Assembly (NCBI GenBank): GCA_040954595.2
Contig: CM082588.2
Location: 10,586,844 to 10,650,843 of the forward strand
From: Balanoglossus misakiensis
Taxonomy: Eukaryota > Animalia > Hemichordata
Direction of reading: 5' to 3'
DNA: 64,000 nt
Shown here: positions 56,392 through 64,000 of the stretch, piece after piece
Layout of the letters: every line of letters starts with the position of its first letter
How positions within the stretch are numbered: the first letter of the stretch is position 1
Notes under the pieces: generated by a model
The model's database searches: none
What the model was told of the DNA's origin: nothing
The model's input: the letters and a program-made list of their open reading frames with translations, nothing else
Made by a program: the position numbers and the translations under genes

Positions 56392-56810
56392 TACCAATGA
56401 AATCGATGCGGTTCAACACCAGAACCGATCGTGTGCGACAGCACGTCCTATGGCCGCACATGTTCGTCAGGGCTCGGACATTCTCGGGCGCCCCACCAAA
56501 ATTCGATGATATGTCAATGGCGGAATTTGTGGAAGGTAATCTCGCGATAGTGCAACTTCCTACTTTGAGTGACACAGAGAAACAGCAGCGATTACAACAC
56601 TTACAGTCGCTTATGAAAGACGCCAATTTGTTCCCCTGGGACGCCATCTTGAAGTTCGAGGGCGCGCTCCTCTCTGACATGGAGTCAGGACTCAGAACAT
56701 GGGCAAATGACACCGCAGATCTGAGAGAGCTATATTTGCTGCCGCGTATCGGCAAGATCAGACGGGATAAAACAGCGGACAAATCCAAAAAGAAGGATCA
56801 GATTAATGTA

Positions 56811-56924
56811 TGTTTCAAATACCAAAGTAACAAGTGCGAGAAGGAGGATTGCGCATTCAAACACATATGTGAAGCCTGCATGAAGTTGCGTAACAACCTG
56901 GCCAAGCATCCCAAGATTGCCTGC
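56811..56924 (+). other. Gag zinc-finger region: CCCH followed by CCHC
   Basis: CFKYQSNKCEKEDCAFKH (C-x7-C-x4-C-x3-H) followed by CEACMKLRNNLAKHPKIAC (C-x2-C-x9-H-x4-C). Confidence 0.85.
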
Positions 56925-58208
56925 CCCTGGAAGGATAAGGCCTTTAGAGAGCAAGAGAGCAACAAGTTGACCGATAGTTCTGGCAAAGCAGAGGTAGATA
57001 AGTCTAAACAAGACTCTCATGACTGTGACAGCAATTTAATTCCTAAATTGAACCATAGAGTCAAAAGTGCAGGCACGGAGTGTAATATCAATGACTTTTA
57101 TACATTGATGGGCATCACAGATCAGGCAGTGCACAAGTGTGATCGCTCTGTACAAACTGACATGGAGATTGATATTTCAAGAAGCCTGTCAATGTGCAAC
57201 CCGGAGGTTTTGCGGGATGCTATTGTTAACCCTAGTAGTATTTCTGAACCAGTGCTTTCGATTGACGAGCCAGTAACATGTACCATTGCCAATGTTGCCT
57301 CTGAACACACAGGTTGTTTTGATACCTCTGTTAGCAGGGATAATGTTGACAAATACCTTTGTAAAACTCATACAGTTGATTTGATAGAACCTGATATTGA
57401 GACTGATCTTGACAAGCAAATCCCTATTGAATCACTAGCCCATACCGTCGGTGATACCACTGAATTTGCATGTGAGATTAGCGCTCATGGTTCCTCTTAC
57501 GGTATGATCAGTGATGACCACGATGTCTTTGTTAGTGATATGTTTACTGTGGAAAATGTTCCAAATATGGGGCCTCCCAACCCCACCCTTGTTGATCACA
57601 GTGTTCCAGACACTTATCCACTGGGCAATGATATGCAGTATTCTGAGTTATCAGATACTCCCGTGGGCGGGGATGTCTGTCCCCCGTCGTCATGGCCACA
57701 AGCGTCACCCCTTGATTTAACAGAAGTTATAACCGTTCATGACATAGTTGTTGAATCAGGTTTACCAAATTCTCAATTTTGCAGAATACCCGTTTCATCA
57801 AATCTTCAAATCCCAATTTGGCGAGCCGAATTGCAGCAATATGATGACAAAATCATCTGCGATTACCTACAATATGGTTGGCCCGTCTACTATACAGCCT
57901 CAGAATTGCCATACTCTACAGTGAAAAACCACCCATCAGCTATAAATTACTAGGCGCATGTCGACAACTGGATCATTAACGAAGTCGCAGCCGGGGCTAC
58001 AGCGGGTCCGTTCTTAACTAACCCCCTTGCCACACCACTCAGTACTTCCCCCATTCAGACTGTCGAAAAAAAAGATAGTGTTAATCGGCGTATAGTCTTT
58101 GATCTTAGTTCCCCAATCCACCATTCAGTAAATGACGGTATCCCCAAAGGGGAATATCTTGGGGAGAGTTTTCAGCTTCAATATCCTTCCATTGATGATT
58201 TCACTGCA

Positions 58209-59381
58209 ATGATGACCCGTAAGGGCAGGGGATGCCTCCTATTTAAGCGCGATTTAAGCAGAGCTTATCGGCAAATACCAGTCGATCCAGCGGACTACCA
58301 TTTGCTGGGCTACACGTGGCGTAATTTATTGTTCTTTGACCTTACATTGCCATTTGGCTTGCGAACCGCAGCGCTAGCCTGCCAGCGCACCACTAATGCG
58401 GTTTCTTATATCTATTCCACGAAAGGGTATGACTGTGTTAATTACCTTGACGACTTCGGTGGTGCAGAGACCTCCAACAAAGCCCACAAGGCATTTGCGG
58501 AGCTAGGTGACACGCTGGATAGACTGGGTTTGCAAGAAGCCAAACACAAAGCGGTGCCCCCGTCATCAATCATGACTTTTCTTGGAATCCAGTTGAACTC
58601 CCTTACAATGACTATGGAAGTTACTCCTGACCGGCTTAATGAAATAGAGCAAGAGCTGGGTGTATGGGTCACTAAAACAAAAGCAACTAAGCGCGAGCTG
58701 CAATCACTCATAGGCAAGCTTTCCTTTATTGCCAAATGTGTCAAGCCTGGTAGGCTATTCCTGGCGAGAATGCTAGATGTGTTGCGTACCGTCACCCGCA
58801 ATCACTACCATCTAAACAGTGATTTCAAGGCAGATCTACGGTGGTGGATTAATTTCATTAGGGTTTATAATGGGGTGTCTCTCATTAAAGAGTCAGGTTG
58901 GTGCCCGCCAGATGAAATATTTTCTTCGGATGCATGCCCAACAGGGGGAGGGGGGCTTTGCGACAACGAGTATTTCCACGTGGAGTTCCCTGACTTTGTA
59001 AAGGTTGGGGACCCTCACATTAATGCCCTCGAATTACTCACTATTACTATAGCGGCAAAAATTTGGGGTGATAGATGGTCTGGAAAGAAAATACAGGTCT
59101 CTTGCGACAACCAGGCAACAGTTTGGGTCATTAATACCGGTAGAGCTAGGGATAAACTAATGCTGTCTTGCTTGAGGGAATTATGGCTGGTAGCAGCGAT
59201 TCACGAGTTTGAGCTACGTGCTGTGCACATCGCAGGCACCGAGAACCGGCTGGCTGATGCGCTCAGTCGCTGGCATCTTGACCCAAGTTATGAGCAACTC
59301 TTCAAATCATCTGTTAATATTTCTCAAATGACCGAGCACCCAGTCGCCGAGGATGACATTCGCTTTCTCAATGAGTGGTGA
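58209..59381 (+). CDS. Reverse transcriptase + RNase H portion of the polyprotein (DIRS/Ngaro type)
   Basis: RT motifs KRDLSRAYRQ, LPFGLR, YLDDF (58443-58457) and FLG. RNase H motifs SDAC-GGGG, HINALEL, CDNQA and HIAGTENRLADALSR (about 58920-59270). Confidence 0.93.
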   Translation: MMTRKGRGCLLFKRDLSRAYRQIPVDPADYHLLGYTWRNLLFFDLTLPFGLRTAALACQRTTNAVSYIYSTKGYDCVNYLDDFGGAETSNKAHKAFAELGDTLDRLGLQEAKHKAVPPSSIMTFLGIQLNSLTMTMEVTPDRLNEIEQELGVWVTKTKATKRELQSLIGKLSFIAKCVKPGRLFLARMLDVLRTVTRNHYHLNSDFKADLRWWINFIRVYNGVSLIKESGWCPPDEIFSSDACPTGGGGLCDNEYFHVEFPDFVKVGDPHINALELLTITIAAKIWGDRWSGKKIQVSCDNQATVWVINTGRARDKLMLSCLRELWLVAAIHEFELRAVHIAGTENRLADALSRWHLDPSYEQLFKSSVNISQMTEHPVAEDDIRFLNEW

Positions 59382-59402
59382 CTGATTTTATTTTTATTTC
59401 AG
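59379..59402 (+). promoter_or_regulatory. Candidate 3' splice acceptor preceding the YR frame
   Basis: TGACTGATTTTATTTTTATTTCAG|AT: branch-like TGAC/CTGAT, a T-rich tract and CAG, immediately after the pol stop codon. Confidence 0.65.
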
Positions 59403-60399
59403 ATCACTGCCAAACTATCCAAGCCTTAGACGCTCAAATCGCTATCTCAATGAGGTCAGCATTAGCGGAAGGAACTCGTCGGAATTTGTCGTCACAGTTG
59501 AAGAGTTACTTCCTGTTTTGTCAGTTTTTCAATTTTACTCCTGTTCCAGCATCTGTTCTTACAGTGTGTAGATTTATCCAGTTTCTTGCAAGATCAGTAA
59601 CTGCTACTGGCACCATTCAGAATTATTTGTACGCAATTCGTACCTTGCATAGAATCCATGGCTTCACGCCATTGGCCGCTGATCAGTATGTTGTCAAATT
59701 ACTTTTGAAATGTCTTTCCCGTAGCACTTTCCAGCCAGTGAGGCAGAAATTACCCATCACCCCCCAGTTGTTGCTACAGTTTTTCGGGCTTCTAGATGTG
59801 GCTGTTCCATTCGATGTTACTTTGTGGGCATGCCTTTTGATAGGGTTTTTCTCCTTTTTTCGCAAGTCAAATCTTGTTCCGAAGTCTGCAACCGACTTTG
59901 ATCCGGCTAAACACCTCTGTAGGGGTAAAGTCATTTCCTCAGATTCTGGCCTTATAATCGGCGTGACTTGGTCAAAAACCATTCAGTTTCGCGAACGCTG
60001 TTTGACTATTCCACTTGCCCGCATTCCAGGTTCGGTGTTGTGCCCTTTACAGGCATACAATCACATGTGTGAGATCATCCCAGCCCCACCCTCTAGCCCA
60101 GCATTCATTTTCCCAAATGTGGCAAATTGGTCCCCTTGACCCATTCAGGGCTGGTGAAAAGTATCAAATGTTTAGTTCAGAGGGCAGGCTTTCCTGCTGA
60201 CATGTACTCGGGTCACAGCCTCCGTCGTGGGGGTGCAACCTTTGCATTCGAAAGTGGGGTCCCTGGGGAGCTTATCAAACTCCAAGGGGATTGGCAATCC
60301 AGCGCGTATCTCCGTTATCTTAACATTCCATTTCAGACTCGTTATCTGGTGTCCTTTCAAATGGGTCAGCATATTAAAGACATCTCCGCGTCACACTGA
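59403..60399 (+). pseudogene. Tyrosine recombinase, split by a -1 frameshift near 60112-60118
   Basis: N-terminal binding domain (ALAEGTRRNLSSQLKSYFLFC...TIQNYLYAIRTLH), catalytic R (FFRKSNL) and K (WSKT) are in ORF 59375-60139. HSLRRGGAT and GDWQSSAYLRY are in ORF 60127-60399. One added base gives contiguous PAFIFP-x-CGKLVPLTHSG. Confidence 0.9.
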
Positions 60400-60431
60400 T
60401 TTTACTGTGGCACTAGCAGAGAGGCGGACCG

Positions 60432-60509
60432 GGTTTGGCAGTGGTTGGGCCTGCAAGAGCCCCCAGTTCACGTAAATAAATAATGGCTCTTGCCTTCAGC
60501 TGCCAAACC
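60432..60509 (+). terminator. 3' nested stem-loop with AATAAA poly(A) signal (60475-60480) in the loop, followed by a GT-rich tract
   Basis: Outer stem GGTTTGGCAG (60432-60441)/CTGCCAAACC (60500-60509); inner stem GCAAGAGCC (60453-60461)/GGCTCTTGC (60485-60493); downstream GTGTCCTTGGTTTGTGTGTT. Confidence 0.75.
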
Positions 60510-60551
60510 TGTGTCCTTGGTTTGTGTGTTAGAGAGATCTCAAGTAATTTA

Positions 60552-60583
60552 GGTAACATTGCGATCAACGGCATAATGTTACC
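60552..60583. other. 5'-terminal inverted repeat of copy 2
   Basis: Same GGTAACATT-N14-AATGTTACC. Here it can be extended by TAATT (60545-60549)/AATTA (60585-60589). Confidence 0.85.
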
Positions 60584-60730
60584 CAATTAAGCAACTCGAA
60601 AAGGGGCGCCCTCAACCTCAAACGAGCCTCAAAAATCCCATAATCCATCACTCACGGCCACTTCAAGGGTTCGGAGCGTGTCCTGCAGTGCACGCTCTCT
60701 CTGCCTCAATTTCAATTTCTCACCGTTATT

Positions 60731-62647
60731 ATGGAGAACGCTGAACAACAGCTGCTGGATTTGGGAATAGAGCCCAGTCCAGTCGCCAAAAAGGGACCTG
60801 CAACTCGCAGTAAGACTACGACAAGAGCATCGACCGGTCGAAAAGTTCGCGTGGTCCCCCCCACCAAACTTTCCAAAGTACCAATGGCGTCAGCTCGTTC
60901 GAAAGGCGGGAAATGTAGCAAACCTGTCAAGGAAGAAGACACTTCATCTGACGGGGAAGATGTGAGGTCAGAGAAAGAGAAGTTGCAGGCGGAGATAGCG
61001 AGACTGCAGGAGCAATCTGAAGTAGACAATTTAAGAAAACAACTAAAAGAAATGAAACTGGAGAAGGAACGACGCAGCCCGCCAGCCGCTTCGAGCGGAA
61101 GTCCCAGAAGTCACGACCTGAGTCAACTCACGCTACCCGATCTCAAGAGGATGGCGAAAGAAGACTCACAATTGCAGTGGTCGTTACCATCAGGCAGTCC
61201 GTGGCTACCAGCGACAGGGGCCGCTGGCGGCGGTGAAGACCTCCAACCGAACCAACTCCTGGCACAGTCCGGTTTATACACAGCAGCGCAGAGCAAAGCA
61301 GGTAACGTACCAATGAAATCGATGCGGTTCAACACCAGAACCGATCGTGTGCGACAGCACGTCCTATGGCCGCACATGTTCGTCAGGGCTCGGACATTCT
61401 CGGGCGCCCCACCAAAATTCGATGATATGTCAATGGCGGAATTTGTGGAAGGTAATCTCGCGATAGTGCAACTTCCTACTTTGAGTGACACAGAGAAACA
61501 GCAGCGATTACAACACTTACAGTCGCTTATGAAAGACGCCAATTTGTTTCCCTGGGACGCCATCTTGAAGTTCGAGGGCGCGCTCCTCTCTGACATGGAG
61601 TCAGGACTCAGAACATGGGCAAATGACACCGCAGATCTGAGAGAGCTATATTTGCTGCCGCGTATCGGCGAGATCAGACGGGATAAAACAGCGGACAAAT
61701 CCAAAAAGAAGGATCAGATTAATGTATGTTTCAAATACCAAAGTAACAAGTGCGAGAAGGAGGATTGCGCATTCAAACACATATGTGAAGCCTGCATGAA
61801 GTTGCGTAACAACCTGGCCAAGCATCCCAAGATTGCCAGCCCCTGGAAGGATAAGGCCTTTAGAGAGCAAGAGAGCAACAAGTTGACCGATAGTTCTGGC
61901 AAAGCAGAGGTAGATAAGTCTAAACAAGACTCTCATGACTGTGACAGCAATTTAATTCCTAAATTGAACCATAGAGTCAAAAGTGCAGGTACGGAGTGTA
62001 ATATCAATGACTTTTATACATTGATGGGCATCACAGATCAGGCAGTGCACAAGTGTGATCGCTCTGTACAAACTGACATGGAGATTGATATTTCAAGAAG
62101 CCTGTCAATGTGCAACCCGGAGGTTTTGCGGGATGCTATTGTTAACCCTAGTAGTATTTCTGAACCAGTGCTTTCGATTGACGAGCCAGTAACATGTACC
62201 ATTGCCAATGTTGCCTCTGAACACACAGGTTGTTTTGATACCTCTGTTAGCAGGGATAATGTTGACAAATACCTTTGTAAAACTCATACAGTTGATTTGA
62301 TAGAACCTGATATTGAGACTGATCTTGACAAGCAAATCCCTATTGAATCACTAGCCCATACCGTCGGTGATACCACTGAATTTGCATGTGAGATTAGCGC
62401 TCATGGTTCATCTGACGGTATGATCAGTGATGACCACGATGTCTTTGTTAGTGATATGTTTACTGTGGAAAATGTTCCAAATATGGGGCCTCCCAACCCC
62501 ACCCTTGTTGATCACAGTGTTCCAGACACTTATCCACTGGGCAATGATATGCAGTATTCTGAGTTATCAGATACTCCCGTGGGCGGGGATGTCTGTCCCC
62601 CGTCGTCATGGCCACAAGGGTCACCCCTTGATTTAAAGCAGAGGTAG
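60731..62647 (+). CDS. Gag + linker of copy 2 (638 aa), terminated by the frameshift at the duplication junction
   Basis: Near-identical to the copy 1 protein up to SPLDL, then KQR-stop. The last CCHC cysteine is changed to Ser (AGC at 61838). Confidence 0.85.
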   Translation: MENAEQQLLDLGIEPSPVAKKGPATRSKTTTRASTGRKVRVVPPTKLSKVPMASARSKGGKCSKPVKEEDTSSDGEDVRSEKEKLQAEIARLQEQSEVDNLRKQLKEMKLEKERRSPPAASSGSPRSHDLSQLTLPDLKRMAKEDSQLQWSLPSGSPWLPATGAAGGGEDLQPNQLLAQSGLYTAAQSKAGNVPMKSMRFNTRTDRVRQHVLWPHMFVRARTFSGAPPKFDDMSMAEFVEGNLAIVQLPTLSDTEKQQRLQHLQSLMKDANLFPWDAILKFEGALLSDMESGLRTWANDTADLRELYLLPRIGEIRRDKTADKSKKKDQINVCFKYQSNKCEKEDCAFKHICEACMKLRNNLAKHPKIASPWKDKAFREQESNKLTDSSGKAEVDKSKQDSHDCDSNLIPKLNHRVKSAGTECNINDFYTLMGITDQAVHKCDRSVQTDMEIDISRSLSMCNPEVLRDAIVNPSSISEPVLSIDEPVTCTIANVASEHTGCFDTSVSRDNVDKYLCKTHTVDLIEPDIETDLDKQIPIESLAHTVGDTTEFACEISAHGSSDGMISDDHDVFVSDMFTVENVPNMGPPNPTLVDHSVPDTYPLGNDMQYSELSDTPVGGDVCPPSSWPQGSPLDLKQR

Positions 62648-63370
62648 ATAAGTCTAAACAAGACTCTCATGACTGTGACAGCAATTTAATTCCTAAATTG
62701 AACCATAGAGTCAAAAGTGCAGGTACGGAGTGTAATATCAATGACTTTTATACATTGATGGGCATCACAGATCAGGCAGTGCACAAGTGTGATCGCTCTG
62801 TACAAACTGACATGGAGATTGATATTTCAAGAAGCCTGTCAATGTGCAACCCGGAGGTTTTGCGGGATGCTATTGTTAACCCTAGTAGTATTTCTGAACC
62901 AGTGCTTTCGATTGACGAGCCAGTAACATGTACCATTGCCAATGTTGCCTCTGAACACACAGGTTGTTTTGATACCTCTGTTAGCAGGGATAATGTTGAC
63001 AAATACCTTTGTAAAACTCATACAGTTGATTTGATAGAACCTGATATTGAGACTGATCTTGACAAGCAAATCCCTATTGAATCACTAGCCCATACCGTCG
63101 GTGATACCACTGAATTTGCATGTGAGATTAGCGCTCATGGTTCATCTGACGGTATGATCAGTGATGACCACGATGTCTTTGTTAGTGACATGTTTACTGT
63201 GGAAAATGTTCCAAATATGGGGCCTCCCAACCCCACCCTTGTTGATCACAGTGTTCCAGACACTTATCCACTGGGCAATGATATGCAGTATTCTGAGTTA
63301 TCAGATACTCCCGTGGGCGGGGATGTCTGTCCCCCGTCGTCATGGCCACAAGCGTCACCCCCTGATTTAA
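61901..63370 (+). repeat. 734-bp internal tandem duplication (61901-62634 / 62635-63368) with AA microhomology
   Basis: The junction GATTT-AA-AGCAGAGG joins GATTTAA(CAG) to (GGC)AAAGCAG. ORF-track entries repeat at +734. Confidence 0.95.
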
Positions 63371-64000
63371 CAGAAGTTATAACCGTTCATGACATAGTTG
63401 TTGAATCAGGTTTACCAAATTCTCAATTTTGCAGAATACCCGTTTCATCAAATCTTCAAATCCCAATTTGGCGAGCCGAATTGCAGCAATATGATGACAA
63501 AATCATCTGCGATTACCTACAATATGGTTGGCCCGTCTACTATACAGCCTCAGAATTGCCATACTCTACAGTGAAAAACCACCCATCAGCTATAAATTAC
63601 TCGGCGCATGTCGACAACTGGATCATTAACGAAGTCGCAGCCGGGGCTACAGCGGGTCCGTTCTTAACTAACCCCCTTGCCACACCACTCAGTACTTCCC
63701 CCATTCAGACTGTCGAAAAAAAAGATAGTGTTAATCGGCGTATAGTCTTTGATCTTAGTTCCCCAATCCACCATTCAGTAAATGACGGTATCCCCAAAGG
63801 GGAATATCTTGGGGAGAGTTTTCAGCTTCAATATCCTTCCATTGATGATTTCACTGCAATGATGACCCGTAAGGGCAGGGGATGCCTCCTATTTAAGCGC
63901 GATTTAAGCAGAGCTTATCGGCAAATACCAGTCGATCCAGCGGACTACCATTTGCTGGGCTACACGTGGCGTAATTTATTGTTCTTTGACCTTACATTGC
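62635..64000 (+). CDS. Linker + N-terminal RT frame of copy 2, open to the window end (first ATG 62758)
   Basis: Same translation as copy 1 from KAEVDK through NHPSAINYSAHVDNW to KRDLSRAYRQ...DLTL, without the nonsense codon. It is absent from the ORF track because no stop is reached. Confidence 0.8.

Larger units (their letters stand above)
55815..59381 (+). pseudogene. Gag-RT-RNase H polyprotein ORF (1188 codons) interrupted by one nonsense codon (TAG 57951-57953)
   Basis: ORFs 55815-57953 and 58209-59381 are in the same frame, and the gap translates without stops (AHVDNWIINEVAAGATAGPF...RRIVFDLSSP...SVNDGI...YPSIDD). Copy 2 has TCG at the equivalent codon (63601-63603). Confidence 0.9.
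55634..60549 (+). mobile_element. Tyrosine-recombinase retrotransposon (order DIRS, Ngaro-like), copy 1, 4916-bp unit
   Basis: Gag zinc fingers, RT, RNase H and YR occur in that order on one strand, with no DDE integrase, protease or methyltransferase recognised. Unit length is defined by recurrence of TAGGTAACATTGCGATC at 55634 and 60550. Confidence 0.93.
60550..64000 (+). mobile_element. Second head-to-tail copy of the YR retrotransposon (runs off the window), with an internal 734-bp duplication
   Basis: Colinear with copy 1 at +4916, and at +5650 after the duplication. About ten substitutions seen by eye over ~2.7 kb of shared sequence. Confidence 0.95.

Noticed and set aside
57951-57953. 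Programmed stop-codon read-through between gag and pol
   Set aside because: Copy 2 has TCG here, and the codon lies inside the RT N-terminal extension (NHPSAINY-S-AHVD). It is a simple nonsense mutation.
55777-60426. Complementarity between 5' UTR CGCTCTCTCTGC (55777-55788) and 3' UTR GCAGAGAGGCG (60416-60426) as DIRS1-type ITR/ICR
   Set aside because: Only 8 bp perfect, low-complexity and not terminal; far shorter than DIRS1 ITRs.
55634-60549. Prophage/integron, retron or LTR-retrotransposon interpretation of RT + recombinase
   Set aside because: DIRS-type RNase H, Gag zinc fingers, a poly(A) signal and the lack of DDE integrase, protease and TG..CA LTRs fit a eukaryotic YR retrotransposon.
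55796-63370. Antisense and alternative-frame ORFs over the element (e.g. 56207-56788, 58442-58801, 57511-57720)
   Set aside because: They are shadows of the coding strand with no recognisable motifs, and recur only because the DNA is duplicated.

Overview
Eukaryotic heterochromatin-type window with two parts. (1) Positions 1-55633 are one AT-rich (~27% GC) satellite array. It is built from a 78-bp monomer (CATGGGTGAAAATCATCAAAAAATGACAAATTTTCGACTTTGCAAAATCTCAAAATTTCGTCGATTTTTGAAAAAAAT) interspersed with a ~28-bp internal-deletion derivative. The array has nested kb-scale higher-order duplications, a strand switch at 262/263 and diverged edges. All ORFs called here are artefacts of the 26-codon monomer. 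(2) From 55634 to the window end lie head-to-tail 4916-bp units of a tyrosine-recombinase (YR) retrotransposon of the order DIRS. It looks Ngaro-like: CCCH+CCHC Gag, YLDD reverse transcriptase, DIRS-type RNase H, no methyltransferase, and a YR. Comparing the two copies shows the intact element has Gag-RT-RNase H in one 1188-codon ORF. The YR has no start codon at the top of its frame but is preceded by a strong splice acceptor that is in phase with donors inside gag, suggesting a spliced Gag-N/YR fusion. The unit starts with a short inverted repeat and ends in a nested stem-loop with AATAAA in its loop. Both copies are damaged, in complementary ways. Host species and centromere function cannot be determined from sequence alone, and all counts were made by eye.
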